Below, in pieces: positions 8,621 to 18,543 of a DNA stretch of 61,009 nucleotides. The stretch's first letter is position 1; each line of letters opens with the position of its first letter. Source of the stretch: an uncultured bacterium (GTDB lineage: Bacteria; Omnitrophota; Omnitrophia; Omnitrophales; Aquincolibacteriaceae); assembly GCA_964482725.1 (NCBI GenBank), contig CAYZYT010000014.1, forward strand, positions 1 through 61,009, written 5' to 3'. The position numbers and the translations under genes are program-made. Below the pieces are notes generated by a model that saw only the letters and a list, made by a program, of their open reading frames with translations, was not told the DNA's origin and searched no databases.

Positions 8621-9541
8621 ATGCAAAAAAAACCTTCTTTCAACTACTGGCTTCAATACCTCGCCGTTAGCGGTTTGGCTTTCCTCGCGACAGCACTGCC
8701 CGTCGAGATTTCGCATCGCATTGCCTGCGGGTTCGGAACCCTGACCTACTGGATCTTAAGCAAGCGCCGTAAGATCGCTCTTGAGAATATCGCCCATGCG
8801 CTTGGAAACTCCCTTCCGGACAGGCGAAAAAAAGAGATCGCGCGGTCTGCATTCCAAAGCGCTGCGCTTTCTATGATGGAACTGTTTACGGTCGAAAAGA
8901 TCAAAAAAGAGGCCCAAACACGCTTTGAGCTTTTTGGGAACGAATTTCTGGAAGAAGCTTTTTTGAAAGAACAAGGCGTCGTTTTAGTCATCTCCCACCT
9001 GGGTTCCTGGGAATATCTTTCATTCCTTCCCTATTTCACGAAGCGACCGTGGTCGGTCGTGGTCAAAAATATCAAGAACCCTTATCTCGACAAGGCGATC
9101 GATTCGATGCGCCGTGTCATGACCGTCAACCCGATCTCAAAAGACAGCTCGGTCCGGGCCATCTTTCAGGAACTTAAAGCCGGTCACGGCGTGGCCCTCT
9201 TGGTCGACCAATGGGCGGGGGATGAGGGCCTTTGGGTTGACTTTTTTGACACTAAGACCTCGACCACCTCGATCCCGGCACGGCTTTCCGAAAAAACCGG
9301 ATGCGCGCTCGTTTCCGCTTACTGTCTTCGAACCGCTCCGGGACATTATGAGATCCACATTGAAAAACCGATCATTCACGATATGAACGAACCGGGCTGG
9401 GAAAGCACGATCACGCGAAATCTCAATGAAGCGCTCGAGCGTCAGATCCTGGGACATCCCGAACAATGGCTCTGGGGCCATCGCCGTTGGAAAAATAAAC
9501 CAGCTCATATTCGGACGGTCGAAAACGGTCCGAATATCTAA
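8621..9541 (+). CDS. Lysophospholipid/lipid A acyltransferase (LpxL/HtrB family)
   Basis: N-terminal TM, the ISHLGSWEY H-box, and the C-terminal HPEQWLWGHRRWK signature. Confidence 0.8.
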   Translation: MQKKPSFNYWLQYLAVSGLAFLATALPVEISHRIACGFGTLTYWILSKRRKIALENIAHALGNSLPDRRKKEIARSAFQSAALSMMELFTVEKIKKEAQTRFELFGNEFLEEAFLKEQGVVLVISHLGSWEYLSFLPYFTKRPWSVVVKNIKNPYLDKAIDSMRRVMTVNPISKDSSVRAIFQELKAGHGVALLVDQWAGDEGLWVDFFDTKTSTTSIPARLSEKTGCALVSAYCLRTAPGHYEIHIEKPIIHDMNEPGWESTITRNLNEALERQILGHPEQWLWGHRRWKNKPAHIRTVENGPNI

Positions 9542-9678
9542 TTATTTTTTCCGTTGCGCCCGTTCTTTTGTTTTGTGATGGCAAAACGTGAGAAAAACAA
9601 TTTGTTTTGAGATCGCCATGATCCCTGCTTCAGAGGCCCCTCGCAATGACGCAACGTGGTTATCAGGATGGATTCTAA

Positions 9679-10845
9679 ATGGACCTTGAACTTAAGATCG
9701 AAAAAGTGGTGTTCGGTGGCGATGGTTTGGGCTTCGTCGAGGGAAAGGCCTGCTTCGTGGAGAGGGCTCTCGCGGGCGAGAAAATCCTCGCGCGGATCTT
9801 AAGCGACAAACCCAACTTCATGAAGGCTAAATTGATCCGCGTCCTGGAGCCTTCCCCTCATCGCATTCATCCGCCTTGCCCTTATATTGAACGGTGCGGC
9901 GGCTGCCAATACCAGCACCTCCCCTACACAGAAGAGTTGAAATGGAAAGAGCATCAAGTGCGTGAAAGTTTCGCCCAAGTGTTCAAGGCGGAAGAGATCC
10001 CCATCCTCCCGATCCAGCATAGCGCTAAGGAGTACGGCTACCGAAAGAGCATCACGATCCACCGCACGACGGAGAAGAACAACAAATCCCAGCGCCTCGG
10101 TTTCATCGGCCATGACAATCATTCCAAGGTCCTGATCGACTATTGCATGCTTGCGGACGAACGGCTCCGGGAGATCTTTAACATCGAGCACAAGCTCAAC
10201 CGCCGCGAAGAAAAAAGAGCCTTCAAACTGGACGAAAAGGGACGGATCTTCACAAGCGACGAAGAAAAACTTTACCGCGTCAGCGTCGGGGGCCGGTCGC
10301 TCTGGACAAGCTCTTTGGGATTTTTCCAGAATAATATCGAGGTGACAGAGCTCATCGCTCAAAAGTTAGCGACGTACATCGCTGAGATCCAGCCGACCCG
10401 CTTTTTGGACCTTTACGCCGGCGTCGGAACTTTTCCGCTTCTCGCAGCTCGTAACGTTCCCGAGGTCCACTGTTTTGAAGACAATCCTTACAGCACAGGC
10501 TGTCTCCGGAGAAATGTTAAAGAGTTGGACTTGCCTCTGGCGGGTATTTTCGCAGGAAAGGTTGAGAAAACTTTCCCTCGTTTTATCCTCCACAGTCCTA
10601 AGCCGGGAACGCTCGTCTTCATGGATCCGCCGCGACAGGGGATCGCATCATCGCTTGCGGATTTTTTGGCCAAGGAAGACGTGGGGGAGAATATTTTTTA
10701 TCTTTCCTGCGACCTGCAGATCCTTTTGCGGGATCTCAGGCAGATCCTCGCTACCGGCCGCTACAAGGTCCGGGAAGTCACTCCCTTCGATATGTTCCCT
10801 CGCACCAAGCACATTGAAATACTCGTCTGGCTGACTAAGCTCTAG
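9679..10845 (+). CDS. 23S rRNA (uracil-5)-methyltransferase RlmD/TrmA family (TRAM + 4Fe-4S + SAM MTase)
   Basis: TRAM-like N-terminus (GDGLGFVEGKACFVERALAGEKILARI), a Cys cluster (CPYIERCGGCQYQHL), LDLYAGVGTF and MDPPRQG. Confidence 0.8.
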   Translation: MDLELKIEKVVFGGDGLGFVEGKACFVERALAGEKILARILSDKPNFMKAKLIRVLEPSPHRIHPPCPYIERCGGCQYQHLPYTEELKWKEHQVRESFAQVFKAEEIPILPIQHSAKEYGYRKSITIHRTTEKNNKSQRLGFIGHDNHSKVLIDYCMLADERLREIFNIEHKLNRREEKRAFKLDEKGRIFTSDEEKLYRVSVGGRSLWTSSLGFFQNNIEVTELIAQKLATYIAEIQPTRFLDLYAGVGTFPLLAARNVPEVHCFEDNPYSTGCLRRNVKELDLPLAGIFAGKVEKTFPRFILHSPKPGTLVFMDPPRQGIASSLADFLAKEDVGENIFYLSCDLQILLRDLRQILATGRYKVREVTPFDMFPRTKHIEILVWLTKL

Positions 10846-12032
10846 GCGACCTTCCCCGCTACCGACCCGCTGGCCCAGGCCCAGGCGAGATTGTAGCCGC
10901 CCCGGCGTCCTTGCACATCGAGCACTTCTCCTGCGAAATAAAGACCTTTTTGAAGTTTGGACTCAAGCGTCACAGGATCGACTTCATCGACCGGGATCCC
11001 GCCCGCTGTAAATTCCGCTTCATTCCAACCGCGCGTGCCCATCACCTTGAATTCTTTATGTTTGAGAAGATGGGCAATCGAGGACGCATCCTCCTTTTGG
11101 ATCTCGCCTCGAAGCGCGAGGAAGCATTTGTGCGTCAAGAGGCCTTCCAGTAAATTCTCACGCGCGACGCCTTTTTCAAAACGACGGGACAGCTCTTCCA
11201 CCAAAGCCGGCTCACTCATGAAAGGGATCAGGTCGACTATCACGGTAACATTTTTTATATGTTCGCGGTTCATGGCGACCGAAATCTCATCGCTTACGTC
11301 CAAAATCGCAGTCCCTGAAAGGCCATACTGCGTAAAAAGAAGTTCCCCGGATGCAGTCCGGACCTTCTTTCCTCCAATACAGCTCGTAACCTCTGCGCGA
11401 ACCTTTTGACCCTGCAAAAAATGGCAACAAGGATCTTTCGCGAGCAAAGCCACCGTACTCGGCACGGGCTCGAGAATCTGATGCCCGAAGGCCGCCGCAA
11501 GCCCATAACCGTTCCCATCCGCGCCGAGCGCAGGATAGGACTTCCCCCCCGCACACAAAATAACTTTTCGGCAGGTCTCTTTTTCCCCGGTCTTGGCGCA
11601 GACTTCGAATCCCATTTTTAGGGCACGAATATTTTTTATTTCGCAGCCAAGATCAAGCGTCACTTTGAGCCTCTCAAGCTCCATCTCAAGCACTTTGAGT
11701 ACCGAAGCCGCCTGATTCGTCACCGGGAAGATCCGGCCCGCTTCATCCGCATAAGTCGCAAGCCCCAGCTCCTTAAAAAATCCGAGGATGGCTTCTTTCC
11801 CGAATTGGTCAAACACCGATCGGACAAACGCGTGACTTCCGGGATTATAAAAGGAAGCGTCGAGGGTTTCGTTCAGGAGATTACAACGGCCGGCCCCCGT
11901 GATGAGCAGTTTTTTCCCGATCTTCGGCATTTTCTCGCATACAAGAACCGAGGCGCCCTGGCTCTGCGCAGTGATCGCCGCCATCATACCCGCCGGCCCA
12001 CCTCCAATAATCACAACGTCAAATGAATTCAT
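10842..12032 (-). CDS. HI0933/BaiN-family NAD(P)/FAD-dependent oxidoreductase
   Basis: MNSFDVVIIGGGPAGMMAA...KLLITGAGRCNLLN. I chose the start at 12032 (AAAGGGAAA before the ATG). The ORF-track extension to 12122 overlaps the upstream gene and a repeat. Confidence 0.8.
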   Translation of the reverse strand: MNSFDVVIIGGGPAGMMAAITAQSQGASVLVCEKMPKIGKKLLITGAGRCNLLNETLDASFYNPGSHAFVRSVFDQFGKEAILGFFKELGLATYADEAGRIFPVTNQAASVLKVLEMELERLKVTLDLGCEIKNIRALKMGFEVCAKTGEKETCRKVILCAGGKSYPALGADGNGYGLAAAFGHQILEPVPSTVALLAKDPCCHFLQGQKVRAEVTSCIGGKKVRTASGELLFTQYGLSGTAILDVSDEISVAMNREHIKNVTVIVDLIPFMSEPALVEELSRRFEKGVARENLLEGLLTHKCFLALRGEIQKEDASSIAHLLKHKEFKVMGTRGWNEAEFTAGGIPVDEVDPVTLESKLQKGLYFAGEVLDVQGRRGGYNLAWAWASGSVAGKVA

Positions 12033-12058
12033 TTTCCCTTTCGTGAAACGTTCTACGG

Positions 12059-13813
12059 TCAATGACCGCCTCTTCGTTGCGCGTTGCCCGTTGCGCGTTG
12101 TCCGCTCTTCGGTTGAACCCATTCGCGTTGAAGCTGACGTTCCTTATAAGTTTTAGCGGTCGCGACCGGCTCACCGGTCATCGGATGTTTCCCGGTGTGA
12201 TACATGCAGGTCGAGATCGTCATGGGAAGCGGCATAAAATCCTGAACCTGTTCCGGATGCATGCGGTTTGCGAACAAATAGGAGGCCAGTTGCCTGGCAT
12301 CTCCGTCCGCGCACCCGGGATGCGCGCTGACAAAATAATTCACGAGGTATTGTTCCTTGCCGGCTTTCCGGTTCATCGCCTTAAATCGCTCGGCAAACCG
12401 TTCATAGACCTCAAACGGTGGTTTATTCATCATCTTAAGCGTTGCATTCGAGGCATGTTCCGGGGCGACCTTCAGCTGACCGCTCACATGACTCTTACAA
12501 AGCGCCTCAAGGTACGCATCCGACTCTTTTTCAACAAGCAGGTCGTAGCGGAGACCGCTTTGAATGAAAAGATGCTTCACTTTGGGAACGGCCAAGATCT
12601 CTTTCCAGAGCTCCATGGCTTCGTCGTACCCGAGCTTCAAGTTTTTGCATTTCACGGGCATCATACACTGTTTTGCGCGGCAAGCACCCGAATGATCCCA
12701 TTGCTCACATGTCGCGCCGTAGAGATTCGCGGTCGGACCGCCCATATCGGTGATCGTGCCCTTGAATTCCTTCAAAGCGGCGATCGTCCGCACTTCGCTT
12801 AGGATGGATGCTTGGCTCCGGCTCTGGATCATGCGTCCCTGATGCGCGGAGAGGGAGCAGAAATTGCATTCTCCGGCACAACCCCGATGCGCTGTGATGG
12901 AAAAACGCACCGTCTCAAATCCAGGCACACCTCCCGATTTATCGTAAACAGGATGCCAGGCGCGAGCAAAAGGCAACCCGTAGAAATGATCCAACACGCC
13001 TGTCACGAGCGGCAACGCAGGCGGCTCCTGGATCACGAACCGCTCACCATGCTTCTGGACCACTGTCTTCCCACGCACCGGATCACCTTCAAGGTACGCG
13101 AGCCGGAACGCTTCATTGAACTTTTCTTTATCGGCGCTGGCCTCTTCGTAGGACGGCAACATCACCGCGTCTTCGAAACCTTCCGCGCTATTTCGGAGGA
13201 TCACCGTGCCACGGATCCCTTGCAGTTTTTTAATATCTTCACCATCCCCTAGCCTCCTTGCGATCTCCAGGATTGGGGTCTCGCCCATGCCGTAGACGAG
13301 AAAATCCGCTTTTGCGTCGAGGAGGATCGAACGGCGCACACTCTCCTCCCAATAATCAAAATGCGCGAAACGCCGGAGACTCGCCTCGACCCCGCCCAAC
13401 ACCACAGGCACGCCCGGAAAAAGTCCTTTGATCTTGCTGGTATAAACGATCGATGCCCGGTTGGGTCTCATCCCCGAATGTCCTCCCGGCGCGTAATCAT
13501 CCGTGCGGCGCGGCTTCTTGCTCGCGGTGTAATTGCTCACCATGGAATCAAGATTGCCAGCGGTGACGCCAAAGAAAAGTTTGGGCCGGCCCAGGGCAAG
13601 AAAATCCTCGGAGGTCTTCCAATCGGGCTGCGCGATGATCCCGACCTTGTACCCCGCATCCTCCAGGACCCGCCCGATTAACGCCACGCCATAGGAGGGA
13701 TGGTCCACGTAGGCATCGCCTGTGATAAGAATAATGTCACACGCATCCCAGCCGCGTTCCGCAAGGTCTTGCTTGGATAGAGGAAGAAATTTTTTCCGGT
13801 CTGTTTTGGACAT
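12059..13813 (-). CDS. ygiQ: YgiQ-family radical SAM protein (UPF0313)
   Basis: DIILITGDAYVDHPSYGVALIGRVLE...IIAQPDW N-terminal signature and the HRGCAGECNFCS CxxxCxxC cluster. Confidence 0.85.
   Translation of the reverse strand: MSKTDRKKFLPLSKQDLAERGWDACDIILITGDAYVDHPSYGVALIGRVLEDAGYKVGIIAQPDWKTSEDFLALGRPKLFFGVTAGNLDSMVSNYTASKKPRRTDDYAPGGHSGMRPNRASIVYTSKIKGLFPGVPVVLGGVEASLRRFAHFDYWEESVRRSILLDAKADFLVYGMGETPILEIARRLGDGEDIKKLQGIRGTVILRNSAEGFEDAVMLPSYEEASADKEKFNEAFRLAYLEGDPVRGKTVVQKHGERFVIQEPPALPLVTGVLDHFYGLPFARAWHPVYDKSGGVPGFETVRFSITAHRGCAGECNFCSLSAHQGRMIQSRSQASILSEVRTIAALKEFKGTITDMGGPTANLYGATCEQWDHSGACRAKQCMMPVKCKNLKLGYDEAMELWKEILAVPKVKHLFIQSGLRYDLLVEKESDAYLEALCKSHVSGQLKVAPEHASNATLKMMNKPPFEVYERFAERFKAMNRKAGKEQYLVNYFVSAHPGCADGDARQLASYLFANRMHPEQVQDFMPLPMTISTCMYHTGKHPMTGEPVATAKTYKERQLQREWVQPKSGQRATGNAQRRGGH
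12075..12104. repeat. Half-element (CGTTGC words) forming the last codons of ygiQ
   Basis: CGTTGCGCGTTGCCCGTTGCGCGTTGTCCG encodes the tail ...GQRATGNAQRR on the minus strand. Confidence 0.5.
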
Positions 13814-13951
13814 GCAGGATTATAACCTTCCCGGGACCCCTACCGCATCAGATTAAATATAAGGACTTGCGATCCCCATGCCTATCGATCCAAGCGGAGC
13901 TGCGCTGGGGGCCAAGACAAAAGTTTCCATGTTTTTAGAAAGGGCGCTGAT

Positions 13952-13979
13952 TTTACTGCAGGGCGACTCGTGGTATAAT
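13952..13979 (+). promoter_or_regulatory. Sigma70-like promoter candidate for sodB (extended -10)
   Basis: TTTACT, a 16-nt spacer containing TG, then TATAAT (13974..13979). It lies ~130 nt upstream of the ATG. Confidence 0.45.
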
Positions 13980-14001
13980 GCCGCATCCCGATCCGAGCGG
14001 T

Positions 14002-14070
14002 GAGGGATAAAAGGCAAGCGGCAAGCCCCTACAAAAACGGCTTCGTGCTTTTCACCTTTCCTCTTATCGC
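14002..14070. repeat. Imperfect hairpin element (AAGCGG/AAAGG words) in the sodB leader
   Basis: GAGGGATAAAAGGCAAGCGGCAAGCC ... GGCTTCGTGCTTTTCACCTTTCCTCTTATC. Confidence 0.45.
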
Positions 14071-14107
14071 TCACAACTTATTGCTTATCAATATAGGAGA
14101 ACACATC

Positions 14108-14689
14108 ATGCCCTTCACACTTCCTGAACTTCCTTATACCTGGGACGCCCTAGCGCCGCATATCAGCAGGGAAACGCTCGAGTATCATTATGGCAAACAT
14201 CACAACGCCTACGTCACCAATCTCAATAAGTTGACGGAGGGAAAACCCGAAGCCAACAAATCCCTGGAAGATCTCATCAAAACCACCAAGGGACCGGTAT
14301 TCAATAACGCGGCACAGGTCTGGAACCATACATTCTATTGGAACTGCCTGAAACCCCAGGGAGGCGGACTTCCGACCGGCGCCTTACTCGAGGCGATCAA
14401 TGCCTCCTTCGGAAGCTTTGAAGAGTTTAAGACCCTTTTCACGAACATGGCCGTCGGGATCTTCGGATCCGGTTGGGCCTGGCTGGTCCGAGATGAAGAC
14501 GGAACGCTGGGGATCGAATCCATGTCCAATGCCGGCAACCCCTTGGTGAACGGCCAAACACCGCTCCTCACCTGCGATGTGTGGGAACATGCTTACTACA
14601 TCGATTACCGGAATGCCCGCGCAAAATACGTCGAGACGTTCTGGGCTCTCGTAAATTGGGAGTTTGTTGCAAAAAATTTACAAGGCTGA
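14108..14689 (+). CDS. sodB: Fe/Mn superoxide dismutase
   Basis: MPFTLPELPYTWDALAPHISRETLEYHYGKHHNAYV ... DVWEHAYYIDYRN. AGGAGA lies before the ATG at 14108. Confidence 0.95.
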   Translation: MPFTLPELPYTWDALAPHISRETLEYHYGKHHNAYVTNLNKLTEGKPEANKSLEDLIKTTKGPVFNNAAQVWNHTFYWNCLKPQGGGLPTGALLEAINASFGSFEEFKTLFTNMAVGIFGSGWAWLVRDEDGTLGIESMSNAGNPLVNGQTPLLTCDVWEHAYYIDYRNARAKYVETFWALVNWEFVAKNLQG

Positions 14690-14695
14690 TTTTTT

Positions 14696-14745
14696 CGGGG
14701 AACGGCGAACGCTTGCGTTTTACGTTAGCCGTTCCCCGCTTTTTT
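14696..14745. terminator. Bidirectional terminator between the convergent sodB and TPR genes (also an AACG-word hairpin)
   Basis: CGGGGAACGGC ... GCCGTTCCCCG stem, with TTTTT on the left and TTTTTT on the right. Confidence 0.7.
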
Positions 14746-15235
14746 AGTTGAGCATCGACTCCATGCGCCGGATCGCTTTCTCAGCCAGCGAATACTCAGG
14801 ATTTTTCTCGAGGGCATGTCGATAAGCTTCAAGTGCTTGGGCCCAATCCCCCTGATGTTCCCAAACCCGACCCAGGTTATACCAGGCATAAAATTTCCCG
14901 TCATAACGCTCCGCCACGGTCGCCCTTTCAAGCCACACGATCGCTTCCTCCCAACGTCCGGTCTCGATCATGTACGCCCCGATATCATTGTAGGGATTCC
15001 CATATTCCGGATCCAGCCGGACAGCCTTTTCACATTCCCGGATCGCGTCTCCATACCGCCCCTTGACGCTATAGGCCCAGCCCAAGCAGGTATGCGCCTC
15101 GGCGGTGGGCTGAGAAGCCAGGGACTTAAGGTAAAGCTCGATGGCGAGATCGACTTTCCCGGCCATCTGCTGGTCGTAGGCTTCCTGAAGGAACTTCGCG
15201 GCATCTTCCTCTTTATTCAAATTAAATTCATTCAT
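14744..15235 (-). CDS. Tetratricopeptide repeat protein
   Basis: Four to five 34-aa TPR units (AIELYLKSLASQP, AIRECEKAVRLDPEYGNPY, ALEAYRHALEKNPEY). Confidence 0.8.
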   Translation of the reverse strand: MNEFNLNKEEDAAKFLQEAYDQQMAGKVDLAIELYLKSLASQPTAEAHTCLGWAYSVKGRYGDAIRECEKAVRLDPEYGNPYNDIGAYMIETGRWEEAIVWLERATVAERYDGKFYAWYNLGRVWEHQGDWAQALEAYRHALEKNPEYSLAEKAIRRMESMLN

Positions 15236-15263
15236 TTTTCTGCTCAGTTTTGGTAGGGGACCT

Positions 15264-15320
15264 GGAAACGGTGACGGGATAACGAGAAAACGACATCCCG
15301 CTCAACGTTCTCCGCTATCG
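15264..15320. repeat. Imperfect hairpin element, AACG/CGTT-word family
   Basis: GGAAACGGTGACGGGATAACGAGAAAACG ... ACATCCCGCTCAACGTTCTCCGCTATCGTT. Confidence 0.4.
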
Positions 15321-15923
15321 TTAGAATTTCATAAAAGGATTCGTGCGTCGCTCTTGCTCGATCGTGGAGGAATCCGCGTCCCCATAAGCATGACCGGGAA
15401 AAACCTGAAGAGCTCCGTCCAGCGCTGAAAGACGTTTTAGGCTTCGCAGGATCTTCTTCTCATCACCGCCTGGAAGATCGCAACGACCGCAGGCCCCCAC
15501 AAAAAGCGTGTCCCCTGTCACAAGCTTATCCCCTGCCAGAATGCACTGCGCCCCTTCGGTATGGCCCGGCGTGTGAAGAAAAGTCATTTCCAAATCCCCG
15601 ATCTGAAGCGTGGAACCTTCCCGGGTTTCCACGAGATGGTCTTTAAATTCTTTCAGGAACTTCGCTTCGTTCTCATGGACATAGATTTTCGCCCCGGTCT
15701 TTTGGATCAAACCCTCAACACCATTCGCATGATCGAAGTGCGTATGCGTGAGGATCCCCGCCACGACCTTCATGCCATCTTTCTCCGCTTCCTTGAGAAC
15801 CGCGTCCACGTCCCAAGCGGGGTCCACCATCGCGCATTCTTTTTTCTTTTTGTCGCCGACGAGATAGACAAAATTCCCCATATAGCCGACCGGGATCTGT
15901 TTGAAGTAAAAATTATCTTTCAT
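15321..15923 (-). CDS. MBL-fold metallo-hydrolase (glyoxalase II-like)
   Basis: THTHFDHANG metal motif, followed by HTPGHTEG. Confidence 0.85.
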   Translation of the reverse strand: MKDNFYFKQIPVGYMGNFVYLVGDKKKKECAMVDPAWDVDAVLKEAEKDGMKVVAGILTHTHFDHANGVEGLIQKTGAKIYVHENEAKFLKEFKDHLVETREGSTLQIGDLEMTFLHTPGHTEGAQCILAGDKLVTGDTLFVGACGRCDLPGGDEKKILRSLKRLSALDGALQVFPGHAYGDADSSTIEQERRTNPFMKF

Positions 15924-15961
15924 TCCCTGTTTTCCTTTATTGTCCCGCGACCCACCTCACC

Positions 15962-16030
15962 AAGAAGCAAGAGGCCAGAGGCAAAGATGCAGAGAAAAAT
16001 CTTTGTTTCTTGTCTCTATGCTTCTTGCTT
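15962..16030. repeat. Imperfect hairpin element (AAGAAGC/AAGAGGC words)
   Basis: AAGAAGCAAGAGGCCAGAGGCAAAGAT ... ATCTTTGTTTCTTGTCTCTATGCTTCTTGCTT. Confidence 0.55.
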
Positions 16031-16037
16031 CGGCATT

Positions 16038-16532
16038 TCAACCACAGCAAGAACAGCCTTGTTTTTTCGCTTTTTCATAATAGATCACCTCAAGCATGGG
16101 ATCGTCTTGAAGTTTGAGCCTCTTTTTTTCTATGAAAGCTGACGGGATCTCAGGATAGAGGACATCGCCCTCATAATCGGCATGGATCCGGGTCAGATAG
16201 ATCGCATCAACGAGGTCGATCGTGGTCCGGTAAAGCTCGGCGCCCCCGATGATAAAAGCATGCTCGGTCTTAACACTCTTCACAGCCTCCTCCAGGGAGG
16301 CGAAAAAGGTCTGTCCCGGATACGGCTTTTGCCCGCTCCGGTCCAGGATAATATTTGTTCGGCCCGGCAAAGCCTTACAGCCGAGGCTTTCGAACGTCTT
16401 GAGCCCCATGATCACCGTCTGCCCGAGGGTCGTCGCTTTGAAGTGCTGCAGATCTTTTGAAAAATGCCAGGGGAGCTGATTCCCCTTCCCGATGACGCGG
16501 TGGTTCGCCACTGCAACAATGTGATAAAGCAT
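16038..16532 (-). CDS. folA: Dihydrofolate reductase
   Basis: IVAVANHRVIGKGNQLPWHFSKDLQHFKATTLGQTVIMG ... FIIGGAELY. Confidence 0.9.
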   Translation of the reverse strand: MLYHIVAVANHRVIGKGNQLPWHFSKDLQHFKATTLGQTVIMGLKTFESLGCKALPGRTNIILDRSGQKPYPGQTFFASLEEAVKSVKTEHAFIIGGAELYRTTIDLVDAIYLTRIHADYEGDVLYPEIPSAFIEKKRLKLQDDPMLEVIYYEKAKKQGCSCCG

Positions 16533-16541
16533 GTTAAGCCT

Positions 16542-16619
16542 CCGAGACTAGAGACCGGAGACTGGAGACTGAAGACCCAAGCTTTTAGCTTGAGTCTGTA
16601 GTCTGCAGTCTGAGGTCTG
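16542..16619. repeat. Imperfect hairpin element (GAGACT/GAGACC words) inside the thyA-folA pair
   Basis: GAGACTAGAGACCGGAGACTGGAGACTGAAGACCCAAGC-TTTTA-GCTTGAGTCTGTAGTCTGCAGTCTGAGGTCTG. Confidence 0.6.
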
Positions 16620-16621
16620 AT

Positions 16622-17416
16622 TTATACCGCGACCGGCGCTTTGATCGCCGGATGCGGGTCGTAATGTTCCAGCGTAAAATCTTCGTACTTAAAATCAAAA
16701 ATACTTTGCACCTTGGGATTCAGCGTCATGTTCGGGAGAGGACGAGGTTCGCGCGAAAGCTGGAGAGCCACCTGCTCTCTGTGGTTCAAATAAATATGAA
16801 CATCCCCAAAGGTATGGATAAATTCTCCAGGCTGAAGACCCGTGACCTGCGCCATCATCAAGGTCAGAAGCGCATAGGAGGCGATATTAAAAGGCACACC
16901 GAGGAAAACGTCGGCACTGCGCTGATAAAGCTGGCAAGAAAGTTTTCCGTTCAACACATAGAACTGAAAGAAAGCGTGGCAAGGCGGCAAAGCCATCGCC
17001 TCGATCTCTCCGACATTCCATGCGCTCACGATGATCCGTCGGCTATCCGGTGTTTTTTTGATCATCTCCACCGCCTGCGCGATCTGATCTACGGAAGTGC
17101 CATCCGGACGCTTCCATGCACGCCATTGAGCCCCGTAAACGGGCCCGAGATCTCCGCCGGCATCCGCCCACTCGTCCCAGATCGTCACGCCATGGTCCTT
17201 CAGAAACTTGATATTGGTATCGCCTTGGAGCAACCAAAGGAGCTCGTAGATCACGGCTTTGGTAAAGATCTTCTTGGTGGTGAGAAGCGGGAATCCCTGG
17301 GCCAGATCAAAGCGCATCTGATACCCAAAGGCGCTGATCGTTCCGGTGCCCGTACGATCCTTCTTTTCAGCTCCATGATCCAGGATGTGCCTTAGAAGAT
17401 CCAGATATTGCTTCAT
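16622..17416 (-). CDS. thyA: Thymidylate synthase (ThyA)
   Basis: [26 protein letters not shown] ... [13 protein letters not shown] ... DVHIYLNH. Confidence 0.95.
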   Translation of the reverse strand: MKQYLDLLRHILDHGAEKKDRTGTGTISAFGYQMRFDLAQGFPLLTTKKIFTKAVIYELLWLLQGDTNIKFLKDHGVTIWDEWADAGGDLGPVYGAQWRAWKRPDGTSVDQIAQAVEMIKKTPDSRRIIVSAWNVGEIEAMALPPCHAFFQFYVLNGKLSCQLYQRSADVFLGVPFNIASYALLTLMMAQVTGLQPGEFIHTFGDVHIYLNHREQVALQLSREPRPLPNMTLNPKVQSIFDFKYEDFTLEHYDPHPAIKAPVAV

Positions 17417-18513
17417 ACCCCTTGTTCCTGCACTTCCTGCAAGGCGGCGGGGATATCTTGAATCGCGCCCTCCTTGGGCGCCGTAACGGGCGGAACCTCT
17501 TTGACGAAAAAAGTGTCATCGACATTCAGATCATCAAAAAAAGAAACCTGCAGACCAAAGACTGTGGGAGACCCCGAACGCTTCACATAGTAAAGGCCTC
17601 CCTTTTCATCTTTAGGCCCTGCATTAAGAAGTGTTTTTTTTCCAGCTTCGGTCACCGCCAACTGCCACACGGGTTTCTCCAAGCCATACCCCTTCGCGTC
17701 GGGGTCCACGACTTCCCCGGCCTTTATGCTTTTCATCCTGGCAATAAACTTCAGGACCTTATCAGGATCGAGGGAGGAGGTCATATCCTTGCGCAAGAAT
17801 TTCCAGGGACTTTTGAGCAAGCTCTGGGGATCGGTCTCACGTTCCAGCCCCATGATCATCGTTCTTTCTTCACCTTTCAGAAGATAAAGGGTGATCTTCG
17901 ACACTTTCTCGGGGTCAAAATTGAAAAGGCTTAGATCCGCCCAAAAAAGGCTCGCCGGAATCGCCTCATTGAAATCCGTCGCCATTCCCAAAAGCTCCGC
18001 GATGTTCGCCTCTACAAAATAGACCTTTTCGCTGGTAGCTTGGCGGATGAAATAGGCATGCTCACCGGCCTGTTTCGTTCCAAGCCGGAGGTCTTGGAGC
18101 AAGGCATTCCCTGTGCCAAAAAGCTTGATCGAAAAGGCCTCCGCGTCTTGGATCCCAAAATCCGCGAAGAGTTTTTTCCCGGAACCGCGCAACTCTCCCT
18201 GCATCGAACGGAGCCTTTCAAGGAACGCTTCCACCTTCTCGGGATCCGCTTGAGCCCCCCAAAGGCTTTTGACTTTCCAAACGCCGTTTTCTTTTGTGAG
18301 TTCTACGGCCGGGGTTTGACTTCCGCCCGTCCTCGCCGGGCGACTGATCAAGATTCTTTCCAGTTTTGCGGGATCGAATTCCGTCAAAGCAACACGGTCT
18401 CCTTGCCTTGCCCCTGCGCTATCGCCCACAGAACGGATCCAGGACTTGAGAAGGATCCCCAAGACAAGGATCCCTAAAATAACGCTTAAGATGATGATCT
18501 GTTTGGGCTTCAT
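17413..18513 (-). CDS. DUF4340-like protein (accessory component of the GldG-type ABC system)
   Basis: N-terminal TM anchor and a size and position typical for DUF4340 downstream of GldG. There is a 4-nt ATGA overlap with thyA. Confidence 0.55.
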   Translation of the reverse strand: MKPKQIIILSVILGILVLGILLKSWIRSVGDSAGARQGDRVALTEFDPAKLERILISRPARTGGSQTPAVELTKENGVWKVKSLWGAQADPEKVEAFLERLRSMQGELRGSGKKLFADFGIQDAEAFSIKLFGTGNALLQDLRLGTKQAGEHAYFIRQATSEKVYFVEANIAELLGMATDFNEAIPASLFWADLSLFNFDPEKVSKITLYLLKGEERTMIMGLERETDPQSLLKSPWKFLRKDMTSSLDPDKVLKFIARMKSIKAGEVVDPDAKGYGLEKPVWQLAVTEAGKKTLLNAGPKDEKGGLYYVKRSGSPTVFGLQVSFFDDLNVDDTFFVKEVPPVTAPKEGAIQDIPAALQEVQEQGV

Positions 18514-18543
18514 AGGACTTCCGCCGGAATTCTCTGGATGATT

